From Octopus sinensis (lineage: Eukaryota): a DNA stretch of 64,000 nt. Shown here in pieces: positions 13,366 to 27,116 of the stretch. The notes beneath the pieces are model-generated. The model was not told the DNA's origin. It saw only the letters and a list, made by a program, of their open reading frames with translations, and searched no databases. Both the position numbers and the translations under genes were made by a program. The stretch is from positions 6,510,001 to 6,574,000 of the forward strand of contig NC_043023.1 of assembly GCF_006345805.1 (NCBI RefSeq). The letters run 5' to 3'. Each line of letters starts with the position of its first letter. The first letter of the stretch is position 1.

Positions 13366-13371
13366 TTCTTT

Positions 13372-13650
13372 TAGTTTTCGTCTTCTAAATGCACTCACAA
13401 GACTTTAGTCAGCCCCAGGTTATTGCTGAAGACACTTGCTCAAGGTGCCACGTAGCGGGACTGAACCTAGAACCATGTGGTTGGGCAGCAAACTTTTTAC
13501 CACACAACCACGTCTTTATATACATAGAGGCGTGTGGCTTAGTGGTTAGGGAATTCCGTTCACGATCGTAAGGTTGTGGTTTCAATTCCCGGTGGCTCGT
13601 TGTGTCTTTGAAAATGACACCTTATCTCACGTTGCTCCAATTCACTCAGG
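13372..13650. mobile_element. Degenerate SINE A head (-, 13372-13512) and SINE C head (+, 13527-13650)
   Basis: Similarity to other copies in the window. Confidence 0.7.
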
Positions 13651-13705
13651 GCGTGCCCACACAGACGAGCGAGAACAACATGCCAAGGAGAAGTCGGTAT
13701 TTTTA

Positions 13706-13810
13706 GCACCTGAAAAGACAGAGCCTGCACAGATTAACGCAACACAACTTGATACTCAATATCTTACCCTTAAGGTACAGCTGCAGGATGGGTCGAAACG
13801 ATCGTAGTGC
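13706..13810 (+). ncRNA. Hammerhead motif with G8->A core substitution (probably inactive)
   Basis: GCAC-CTGAAAA-GAC...GTC-GAAAC-GATC-GTA-GTGC; stem I GCAC/GTGC, palindromic ACGATCGT. Confidence 0.6.
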
Positions 13811-13883
13811 TGTATAAAGATTCGCACTAAATCCCTCTTCCTTCTCCCTCATCAATTATATATATATATATATATATATATAG

Positions 13884-14065
13884 TGGAGGCGCAATGGTCC
13901 AGTGGTTAGGGCAGCGGACTCGCGGTCGGAGGATCGCGGTTTCTATTCTCAGACCGGGCGTTGTGTGTATTTATTGAGCAGAAACACCTAAAAGCTCCAC
14001 GAGGCTCCGACAGGAGGTGGTGGCGATTCCTGTTGTACTCTTTCGCTCCAACTTTTTCTCACCCT
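13884..14065 (+). mobile_element. tRNA-derived SINE (family B)
   Basis: GGAGGCGCAATGGTCCAGTGGTTAGGGCAGCGGACTC; homologous to 1305-1490. Confidence 0.8.
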
Positions 14066-14079
14066 CGCCGCCTTTGATA

Positions 14080-17000
14080 AAATTTACAATTATGACAAAA
14101 TTTCTAAGCTTCACACCGCTTGCAGTTATGGGCAAGTTCGTGACTATGACCAAGCTTCTGGCTATGACAAGCTTACAACATATGCAGCTATGACTTTACC
14201 AGCTGCTATGACCTCCATGATTGTAAAGACCTCGCTTGCTGTAAATATCTCGTCTGCTGCAATGACCTCACTTGGTGCATTTACCTCACTTGCTACAATG
14301 ATGAAGCTTATAGTTATGAAGCAACACGTAGCTATGACGGAGCTTTCATCTATTACAAAGTTTGTAGTTATGACCAAGCTTGCAGCTATGTCCAAGAATA
14401 CTGTTACGACTGCGCTTGACGCTGTGACCAACCTTGCAACTATGTTCAAGTTTGCAATTATGACCAAGCTTGCAGCTATGATCAAGCTTGTAGTTATGAT
14501 CAAGCTTGCAGTTATGATCAAGCTAGTAGCTATGACCTGGCTTACAGCTGTAACCAAGTTTGTAGCTATGACCTAGCTTACTGTTATATTCGCGCTTGAC
14601 TTCGTGACCAAGCTTGCAATTATGACCAAGCTAGCAGCTATGACCAAGCTTGCGGCTATGACCTGGGGTGCCGCTGTAACCAAGCTTACAGTTATGATCA
14701 AGATCGCAGCTAAAACCAAACATTCAGCTATGATGCATGCTTGCTTGTGCGATCAAGTTTAAAGCTATGTCCATGAAGGTACCTCGATTTTAGTTATGAC
14801 ATTATTTGCAGCTACAAGCCAACTTCTGTCTATGACCACGTTTGCAGCTGGGACCAAACTTACAGTTTTGACATCGCTTTCAGTTACTGGGAAGCTGGCA
14901 GTTATCACCTCGTTTGCAAATCTGACCTCACTTGCAATTATGATCAAGTTTATAACTATGAGCAAGCTTGCGAGTATGACCAAGCTAAATGATATGACTA
15001 TGCTTGCAATTATGACCATGCTTGTAGCTATGACCAAGGTTGCACCTATGACTACGTTTGTAGCTATGATTACGCTTCAGCTATGAGATCGCTTGCAGCT
15101 ATGACCAACCTTGATCTAGTTCCAGCTAAGACCAAGTTTGCAGCTATGACGAAGCTTACAACTTTGACCGCACTTTCAGTTACAGCCGAGCTTGCAGCTA
15201 TGACTTTGTTTACAGCTACGACCAAGCTTGTAGCTATGACCAAGCTTGCATCTATGACCAAGCTTGTAGCTATGACCAAGTTTGCAGCTATGACCGTCTT
15301 TGCAGCTACGACCAAGCTTGCAGCTATGACCAAGCTTGCAGCTATGACCTTTTTCGCAGCTATGACCTTTTTCGCAACTATGACCTTCTTTGCAGCTACG
15401 ACCAAACTTGCAGCTATGACCTTTTTTGCAGCTATGACCATCTTTGCAGCTACGACCAAGCCTGCAGCTATGACCAAGCTTGCAGCTATAGCCAAGCTTG
15501 CGGCTATGATCAGGCTTTCAGCCATGACTTTGTTTGCAGCAACGACCAAGCTTGCAGATATGACCCAGCATACAACTATGTCGGAACTTCCAACTTTAAC
15601 CAAGCTCGCAGCTATGACCAAGTTTACAGCTATGACACAACATAAAGCTAGGATTAATTCACTTGCAGCTATGATCCTACACGCTGTTATGACAAAGTTT
15701 ACGGATCTGACGAAGCTCATAGTTATGACCACACTTGAAGTTGGATCCAAGTTTACAATTATGATCAAACTTGATTTACATGACGAAGCTTGCAGATATG
15801 ACAAACCTTGCAGCCATGACTAAACGTGCAAATACAGTCGAGCTAGGAGGTATGACCCAGCATGCAGCTATGACGAGACTTGCAACTATTACCAAGCTTG
15901 CAGATATGATCAAGATCTCATCTATGACTTAGCTTGTAGTTATTACCTCGCTCGCAGCTTTGACCAGGATTACTGCTATGACCGCAATGAACGTTGTGAC
16001 TATACTTGCATCTATGACCAATCTTTCAGATATGACCAAGCTTGCAGCCATGGTCAAACCTGTATATATGACCTCGTTTGTTGGCATGAACCAACTTAGG
16101 GTCATGACCTCGTTTGTAGTTATGGCCTCGCTGGCTGCTACAACCAAACATTCGGCTATGACCACGCTTGCAGCAAAGACCAAAGTGGCAGCTATGTCAA
16201 AGCTTATACATGTTACCTCATTTGTTGCAATGACCTTGCTTGCAGGAATGACCACACTTATAGCTATGATCAGACCTGCAACTAGGACGAAACTTGGAGC
16301 TGTGACTAAGCTTGTAACGTACAACTATGACAAAGATTGCAGATATGATATCACTTGCAGCAATACCCCACTGGCAGCTTTGATCTAGATGGAACTAAGA
16401 CCAAACCTATAGCTGCCAAGAAGCTTGCACCTATGGCCACACTTACATCTACGGCCATGCTAACAGCTATGACCTCGTTTGCAGTTATGACTAAGCTTGT
16501 ATCCGTCACCAAATTTACAGCTACGACTTCATTTCAGTTATTAGCAAGCTTGTAGCTGTGACCTCGTTTGGAGCGATGACCCTGTTTGTAGCTATGATCA
16601 AGCCTGTAACTATAACGAAACTCACAACTATGACCTCGATTTTAGTCATTATAAAGCTTGCTGCCATGACAAAGCTTGAAGTTATGACTTTGCCTGTTGC
16701 TATGACCACGCTTTGACCAATTTTGCAGATATTTTGAAGACTGCAGCCATGATTAAACTTACTGCAATAACCTCGTTTGTAAGTACGAACAAGCTCATTG
16801 CTATGACCAAGCGTGTAGCTATGATCCTGATTTTAGTTATAACCTCACTTGCTGCTACAACCAAACTTCCGGTTACAGTTATGAACAAGCTTGCAACTAT
16901 GACCAAGTTTGCAGATATGATACAACGTACAGCTATGATTAATCTCACAGTCGTGAGCTCACTTGCGGCTATGATCCTACACGCTGTTATGACAAAGTTT

Positions 17001-17470
17001 ACGACTCTGACGAAGCTCATAGTTACTGCTTTCAGTGCTGACCTCGTTTGTAGCTATGGCTGAGCTTACAGCTATCTCATAGTTTACAGCTATGACATCG
17101 CATTTTATTATTACTAAGCTTGCAGAGATGACCGAGCCTGAAGCTATGATCAAGTCTGCATATATAACCACGCATGCAGCTATGACCTAGTTTGCAATTA
17201 TGATCAAGCTTACAGCTATGACCAAGCAGGCAGTTTTGACCCTGCTTTCGGTTATTACTGTCTCGCTCCTGTGACCACGCATGCAGCTAGGACCTCGTTT
17301 GCAACTATGATGAAGCTTACAGCTATGACCAAAGTTACGACTTTGAACAAGCTTGCAGTTTTGACCAAACTTACAGCTATGACTTTACTTTCAGTTAATA
17401 CCAAATTTACAGCAAGGACCTCGTTTGCACTGATGACTCCGAATGCAGCTATAATTAGTCTTCCAGCTTT
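14080..17470. repeat. Degenerate 18-bp tandem repeat, consensus GCTATGACCAAGCTTGCA, ~185 units
   Basis: 6-codon periodicity in all ORFs across the region (MTKLAA on +, VIAASL on -). Confidence 0.92.
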
Positions 17471-17575
17471 GAACCCATTTGTAATAATGTGCACAGGTTC
17501 CAACCTCAACAAAATTTGCAATTTTGTCCATAACTTCAGCACTGAAAAGCTTGCACTTTTGGCAAAATTTAAATA

Positions 17576-18129
17576 TTGGGTTGTCCGGAAAGTTCGTGCC
17601 GATTTATAGTAGCTTACCTTTCAACATGGTTGAGTCCATAAAATAGGATTTGACTACACCTCCATTTAGAGCACAGTTTAAGCTATCTTTTCGTGGAAGA
17701 AGGTTTATGTTCCTATAACCTGTGTTAATTATGTAACCCTTTAAAATGGAAGATAAGAAAGGTCATTTTCGGCACTTGATGCTTTGGGAATCAGACAAAA
17801 ATTGCTGCAGCTCGGCTGGGATGTGTTACCCCACCCTCCATATTCACCAGATATTGCTCCTTCGGATTTCCACTTATTCAGGTCTCTGCAGAACAATCTT
17901 AATGGTAAAAATTTCAATTCCTTGGATGACGTAAAAAGATACCTTGATGAATTCTTTGCCATGAAACCACCTCATTTCTGGGTAGAGGGTATTTTCAAGT
18001 TAAAAGGAAAGATGGAGATGCATTGTGCAACAAAATGGTTCATATTTGGTTGATTAAAATGTAACGGCGAGTATTTATTGACCTTTTTCTTTCCTTTAAA
18101 AATCGGCACGAACTTTCCGTACAACCCAA
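17576..18129 (+). mobile_element. Internally deleted mariner transposon with both TIRs and TA target duplication
   Basis: 30-bp TIRs TTGGGTTGT(C/A)CGGAAAGTTCGTGCCGATTT with 1 mismatch, flanked by TA; peptide WDVLPHPPYSPDIAPSDFHLF is the mariner YSPDLAPxD motif; extra 3' fragment at 18222-18365 and solo TIR at ~34689-34720. Confidence 0.92.
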
Positions 18130-18603
18130 TAGTATAAAAAAATAAGGTTTTTCATCTCATTCGTTTAATGAGATCTTCAACTTTCTCGAGGAATATCCAG
18201 AGATATAGTTTATTCGGTGGTGATACCTTGATGAATTCTTTGTCATGAAACCGCCTCAGTTCTGGGAAGAGGGCATTTTCAAGTTAAAGGAAAGATGGAG
18301 ACGCATTGTGCAACAAAATGGTTCATATTTGGTTGATTAAAAATAGAAAGTATTTATTGAAAAAATGAAAACAAAAGACAACAAAAGACCATCTTTTCAT
18401 TTGAGTGGTAAACTTAAATTTATTCAAATAATAACTGATCTACAGTAATTAAGAGAAATTGAAACAAAGTATTCGAAATTAAATTATAATTTTCTTAAAA
18501 ATATATGAACGTTTCTGTAAGTTTTAATTTAAATGAATTAAATTTGACAAAAATTTTATTAACAGAAAAATATATTCATTCATCCATCAATTATCCATTT
18601 TGC

Positions 18604-18693
<90 letters not shown>

Positions 18694-18725
18694 GTCAGTC
18701 AGTCTGTCTGTCTATCTATCTACCC

Positions 18726-18797
<72 letters not shown>

Positions 18798-18886
18798 CTT
18801 ACTGTCTATCTACCTCTGTCTGGTCACCCATCCATCCATCCATCCATCCATCCATCTATCTGTCTGTCTGTCTGTCTGTCTGGCTA

Positions 18887-18922
<36 letters not shown>

Positions 18923-18950
18923 CCTATCTATCTATCTATCTACATATCTG
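18604..18950. repeat. Compound (TATC)n/(TGTC)n/(CCAT)n microsatellite
   Basis: Direct reading. Confidence 0.95.
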
Positions 18951-19519
18951 GCAATTTCACTGATCTACAACCAAAGCGACGCCACATTCTCTGTCTTTCT
19001 ACAATCTGATTAAGGACAAATGTGCGAAACATTTAATGTTTCACCCTTCACTACAGCGGAACCTATCGAACTCCCTCTCTATGGATTGCTTCTGAAGCAA
19101 ACCACCACAGATTTTATCGTATTGCTAGTGTTGTTTAGTCAGCCTACGTACGTCTCGGATGTGTTTGTGCTACACGTTCACGCTATATTTTTGCTACATG
19201 TTTTGCATCACATGCTTTAGGTATATGTCTACGCTACATGTTTTCCCGTGTGCTCCAATAACGTTTATATATTTGCTTCATATGCACTTTTTTTATATCA
19301 AAATTAATCTGACTGAAATTATAGCAGCGAACTGAATTCAAAAGAAGTAGTCAGGTAACCAATAAGCATGCCTTGCTCCTGACTCTTAGTCACGTATACT
19401 TGTTCCTCTACTCTCTACCACAATACAAACTGCATGTCTTCTACTACAAAGTCTTTACACACACATACACTCCTTCATTCTTTTATACATACATGCATAC
19501 GCACATGCATAAGCACAAC

Positions 19520-19550
<31 letters not shown>

Positions 19551-19603
19551 TATATATATATATCCATGCATTCATACAAACATTTATACATACATGCACA
19601 CAC

Positions 19604-19634
<31 letters not shown>

Positions 19635-19646
19635 CATACATACACA

Positions 19647-19704
<58 letters not shown>

Positions 19705-20964
19705 ATACATGCATTCATAAAGTTTTAATGCAATATTATGTATGTATATATATTGATATATGTATACTATATGTTATGTATATATATATTTGTATGTATG
19801 TGTTTATGTTTCTATGCATGCATACATGTATGTATGCATAAGCTTCATACTCTAAGTTTCTCTCTCTTACACACGCACATATATATACACATACACACGC
19901 ACATATATATACACATACACACGCACATACACGCACACACACGTGCACACACACACACAAGTGCACATACACACACGTCCACACACACACACAAGTGTAC
20001 ACACACACACACGTGCACACACACACAAATGCACACACACACACACGTGCACACACAAGTGCACACACACGCACACAAATGCACATACACACACACACAT
20101 AAACTCACATACACTTACAGTCATACATTCGCAGAACGTAACCGGTCTTGATTCTCCTGACTACTATCGCAGAGTCCAACTAATATACTTAACATAATGT
20201 AGGGAGATTCAGAGCTGTGACATTAAATCTAGAAAACAGAAAAAACTCTTATGAAACAAATATATATTTGTAATATATTTTAGCTATCTTCTATATAATT
20301 ATAACTTCGTCTCGTGTTTTATTTATGCTAAAGTTTCTGCAACTGGTTCAGCCCACCTTTTATACATTTCCTTAAAAAGGACGTTGTGTGCTATCCGCGT
20401 GTTTATACGGGTTTCTGTTTACATGTTGTCGAGCACAGCTTGTATATAAATTAAAAGAAAAATAAGTGTCTTCAGCCTGGCTGTAGATATGTTTATTTAG
20501 ATCACTAAGTAAAACCACACACACACACACACATACACAAAATCAATCACGTGCACACGCGTGAGCACATATACACACACATGTACACACATGTACGCGA
20601 ACTGATGTTCAGAATAAAACGTAAAAAAACAAGGAAAAACACAAAATGTTCACTCAAATGTTTTTTTCATAATCTTTAAATAACATTTTCATATTAAATA
20701 AATATATTTATCTTCTAACTGTTAACTTACGTGTTTAATTTTGGGGCGTGTATCTTTTGTGTGTTTGCGTTTATACATTGAAGTGTGTCAGGTGTGTACA
20801 CAGATATCTATATAATTCCATGTATGTATAATTCCATGTATGTATAAACCGTTTGTGTATAGTGTGCTTAACTACGTACTTCCAGGATTACTCTATATAA
20901 ATATCTAGTATAATATATATATAATGTATATTAACATACATATATAATGTATATATTGGCGTCA

Positions 20965-21166
20965 AATTTTGGCACAAGGCCAGCAATTTGGGGGAGGAGC
21001 TAAGTTGATTATATCGACCCCAGTACTCAACTGGTACTTATTTTATCGACCCCGAAAGGATGAAAGGCAAAGTCGACCTTGGCGGAATTTGAACTCAGAA
21101 CGTTCAGACAAAATACCGCTTAGCATTTTGCCCGGCGTCCTAACGATTCTTCCAGCTCCCCGCCTT
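20965..21166 (-). mobile_element. tRNA-derived SINE (family D here)
   Basis: Shares ATCGACCCCGAAAGGATGAAAGGCAAAGTCGAC core with 42931-44683, 56755-57055 and 58465-58640. Confidence 0.8.
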
Positions 21167-21754
21167 ATATAATGCATATATATATGTGTGTATATAATTT
21201 ATATTTGTATATAATATACTTATATATATTTTGTTTTGTGATTATATTTTCGTTGTCTGTTGAATTTTTGCTTTCAAACCAAGAAAAAATTACAATTTAT
21301 ATTAAGTAGGTGCGTTGTTGTTTCTGTTTTATTTTCCTAAACAGTAGAAGTGGTTCCCCTAATTTTCAAAAATACATTAATTAATTAATTAAATAAATAA
21401 ATATATAAACCCAGAAATGTTTAATTAAATCTTTCTTTCTTGGTAACTTTTATACTTTTGGTTGAAAAGTGGGGACCAAAATTTAACTGAATTTTCGATT
21501 TTTTTGTGTTTCAATTAAAAATTTTTTCATTTTTTTTAAAGGAATTTTCACATTTATATATGTTTTGTTTGCTTTGTTTGTGTATTGTTTCCTTTAATAT
21601 GTTTCCTATATAATTTTATATATATGTGTGTATATATATATAATTATAGTTATAGCTGTATGAAGTTTCCAATTTTTTTTTCTCAAAAATACGATGATTA
21701 ATGCCGATGATAATATAGAAGCTGCTGTAGCTGCTGATGATGATGGCTGTTGCA

Positions 21755-21793
<39 letters not shown>

Positions 21794-21920
21794 TTTACTC
21801 TATTAATGAGGTTGTTATTTAGGTGCAGAGTCATGGAGAGGTGTTTGTCACATGCTATATATATATATATATATATTTGTGTGTGTGTGTGTTTATGTGT
21901 GAATGTATTTATGTATACAT

Positions 21921-22294
21921 ACACGTGTACAACTCCGCTTATTGTTGTTATTATTGTCAAACGCATCGTCGGTGTTTGTATAGTTGTTATAGTATATTTC
22001 ATAAGTCAATTCATATTAAGTTGACCGTATACACGTGTACAACTCCGCTTATTGTTGTTATTATTGTCAAACTCATCGTCGGTGTTTGTGTAGAGTATTG
22101 TTGTAGTTACAGTTGTTATACTATATTTATTTCATAAGTCAATTCATATTAAGTTGACCGTATACACGTGTACAACTCCGCTTATTGTTGTTATTATTGT
22201 CACACTCATCGTCGGTGTTTGTGTAGAGTATTGTTGTAGTTACAGTTGTTATAGTATATTTATTTCATAAGTCAATTCATATTACGTTGACCGT
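21921..22294. repeat. Three tandem ~110-133-bp units
   Basis: ACACGTGTACAACTCCGCTTATTGTTG at 21921, 22031, 22164. Confidence 0.9.
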
Positions 22295-22794
22295 AGAAGT
22301 GGCCGTTTAAAATTTCGTTTTAAAAAAATCACAGATAAAGTATAATGTGTTTATACCCAACAGCAACGACCTCCACACACCCCTCGGCACCCCCAAGTGC
22401 TGTTCATTACTCCAACCCCCAAAAGGAGTTGAAGCCAGCATGTCACAGCCTACTGTCCAATATTTAGCAATGACCATAGTTCTTGGTTAATATCTATTAG
22501 GAAGCACTGTTGTATTGACCAAGAAGGGCAAGGTGCGGTGGATGGCTGACTGGAGTAGCTACCTGTTAGTTCATCCATCTATCTACTATCTACCTGCTTG
22601 TCTGTTCATTTGTCTGTTCATTTGTCTGTCTATTAATCTATTTACCTGTCTATCTACCTATGTGTCCGCCTACCTGTATGTCTACATATCTATGTGCCTA
22701 CCTGCTCGTCTCTGTCTTTCAATCTACCTATCTTTCTGTTCATCTGTAAAACTATGTTTGTCTGTCTGTCTGCCTGTATGTGCATGTGTGTATA

Positions 22795-23450
22795 TATTCA
22801 TATACGCATGTGTGTATACATGTGTATTGTCTATTGTATAATATTCACATACGCATGTATGTATATATGTGTATCGTCTATTGTATAATATTCATATACG
22901 CATGTATGTATATATGTGTATCGTCTATTGTATAATATTCATATACGCATGTATGTATATATGTGTATCGTCTATTGTATAATATTCATATACGCATGTA
23001 TGTATATATGTGTATCGTCTATTGTATAATATTCATATACGCATGTATGTATATATGTGTATTGTCTATTGTATAATATTCATATACGCATGTATGTATA
23101 TATGTGTATCGTCTATTGTATAATATTCATATACGCATGTATGTATATATGTGTATCATCTATTGTATAATATTCATATACGCATGTATGTATATATGTG
23201 TATCGTCTATTGTATAATATTCATATACGCATGTATGTATATATGTGTATTGTCTATTGTATAATATTCATATACGCATGTATGTATATATGTGTATCGT
23301 CTATTGTATAATATTCATATACGCATGTATGTATATATGTGTATCGTCTATTGTATAATATTCATATACGCATGTATGTATATATGTGTATTGTCTATTG
23401 TATAATATTCATATACGCATGTATGTATATATGTGTATTGTCTATTGTAT
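22795..23450. repeat. 47-bp minisatellite, ~14 copies
   Basis: Unit TGTATAATATTCATATACGCATGTATGTATATATGTGTAT(C/T)GTCTAT; CGTCTA at 22875 and 22922. Confidence 0.95.
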
Positions 23451-24214
23451 ATGGATGAATTCTATAAATCATCATCAAAGATCGTGAAGCATCATCATCA
23501 TCATCATCATCATCGCCATTATAATAACCATCATCCTTGTTACAAGTATTATTATTATTATTATTAATTTTATATATATCGTATTGCATATTAATCTCAT
23601 CTTTTTGGGTAATTTTTCAGATTTTTACATTTTTTTTTACATTTTTTACAATTCTCTTGCAGTTTTTTTGTATTTTTTCATGGGAGGGGATTATGGTTAA
23701 ATTAGTTTTTAGTTACAATATGCTCATAAAATCTAGAAAAATCTTTTTTTTTGCACATCATTTGCCAACAACAAAATTGAAATGAAGAAAAAAAAATAAT
23801 AAAGAATATAAACAATATATTAAAAGAATAACGTTAAATAATCTATGGGTAAACCTTAAGTTTTGAACCAAAATTTTAATAAAAACCTTAACAGAAAAAA
23901 TCTAAGGAGAATTAAACCAAAGAATCTGAATGGATAGAAGAAACACAAGAATTTTTAAAATTAAAATTTCATCTCGAAAATAAAGACTCTTTAATTTTTG
24001 TGGAATCAATTATTCAATATTTAACTGTTTTGTTTTGTTTATTTTTTTTTCAGCCAATCAGGCAATGCTGGAGTATCACTGTTAATTATCAGGATATTAA
24101 CTCATTCAGTGTTTTCTTATTCTTCTCTCTCTTTATATAAATACATATGTCTGCATTCGTCCATTCCCAAGCGGGGAAAAAAGCGAACATGCTATATCTT
24201 GTGTAACGCAAATC

Positions 24215-24254
<40 letters not shown>

Positions 24255-24767
24255 TATATTGGTAAAAATATATTGTTGCAAAACACAAATCGTAATATAT
24301 CGATAAAAAATATCGGATTATGTAACAGAGAGAAGGCTTAGCTGGATATCATAGATAAATGGTTGCGTCGCATGCGTTTAAGTTCCAAATTCATGATATT
24401 AAAATATATGTATATATTTATATATATATAGTAGAAAAATATATTGAGAAATTATTATTATTATTATTATTGAAGCGAATAACGTACGCGCATGCGTGTC
24501 TAAGTTTGTGGTTCAAAACTTAAACGAATACCGAAGGAAAAAATAAAAATACTAATAATAGTAATGATAATAGTAATAATGATAAATTTTAAGAACAAGA
24601 AAAACAAAGAAGAACGAGAAAACAACAGCAGAAAAAGAGCTTTTTTTTTACCTCTGCCAACAGAGGGAGACAGAATACAATGGTGGGTTATTAAAAACAG
24701 AACGATATCATCCCACAGCTTTATCTCCCCCGTGTTTCTTTTAAACTTTGACAACGTTCCTCACTTG

Positions 24768-24962
24768 TTAAATGATGGTACAACAGAGAAGACCGGGCTG
24801 AGAATCTCGGACCTTGCTATCTTTTTCGATAAGCGGTGACGACTCTATGACAGTTTTCTTTGTCGGTTGCTCTGACACTGCTACGTTTTCACCGCTTGAG
24901 TCCTTTGTGACGTTGTCAGACATTTTCCCATTTTCTTCAGATTGGGTGGCGTCTCCGTTCAC
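24768..24962 (-). CDS. Terminal coding exon of the large minus-strand gene, ending in a CC-TII CaaX motif
   Basis: acag|GTG AAC..., phase 0, VNGDATQSEENGK...IESSPLIEKDSKVRDSQPGLLCCTII*; phase-compatible with the upstream exons. Confidence 0.8.
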   Translation of the reverse strand: MNGDATQSEENGKMSDNVTKDSSGENVAVSEQPTKKTVIESSPLIEKDSKVRDSQPGLLCCTII

Positions 24963-25100
24963 CTGTTTTGTCGGGTTGCGTATATTGTGCGTTGTGTTGG
25001 GTTTTGGTTGTTATGTTGTGAAAAGGGGGAAAAATAAATGAAGAAAATGAAATGAGAAAATATGACAAAAATGACAACAGCAACAACAATAAGAACAAAA

Positions 25101-26424
<1,324 letters not shown>

Positions 26425-27039
26425 TCCAGTTACAGCTAGATTTAAAAGTATAACATATTTCTAGTTATTATCTCCCCTTGAATTCAACCTCTAATTTTAT
26501 TAGCCTTAGAGAATTTTTCAGAGTATTTTATTTTATTTATGTTATTCCCATAATACTTAGCGCATGATAAAGAGAGCAACCATTTACACAGGAATGAGGA
26601 GTAAACATTATGTCGATAAGTATTCTTCCTTTGTTAATTTTTTTACTAGATTCTTTACTAGTTTTATTCAATAAATTTATAACGTATATAGTGGTTTTTA
26701 CTAAGTAATCTTTTTAAATACTACTAACTTACGTTCGACATAAAAACGGTAATTTATACTTGTATAGATAGGGGTAAATCTTACATAAAATTATTCATTC
26801 CCGTAATGTTTATATTGATAGGTTGTATGGTTTGATGTGTCTATAATACAGTCGTTGAGGGTTTCCTTAGGTTTAGCATTTCCTATATATATCGGTATTT
26901 AGAAAAATTATTAGTCTGTTATTAGTCTGTAGGGAAAGAAGATATCATTAATTCACTCTACACGTGTTTCTGCGCTGGTGGAGAGTTTATAAAGGCCATG
27001 TCTTGTACATAAATCCACCATTGCGTCCTCAGGCACTTA

Positions 27040-27116
<77 letters not shown>

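Larger units (their letters stand above)
12365..13368 (+). repeat. Two tandem 489-bp units, each with a hammerhead and an (ACT)n tail
   Basis: AGACCTGATGAG at 12423 and 12912; units nearly identical. Confidence 0.9.

Noticed and set aside
13884-13960. tRNA-like sequences here and at other SINE heads
   Set aside because: Continue directly into SINE bodies; no complete cloverleaf identified
14162-17609. Ala/Thr/Met-rich ORFs resembling antifreeze or mucin proteins
   Set aside because: These frames are open mainly because the repeat codons rarely mutate to stops; both strands are open and the frames are broken by shifts
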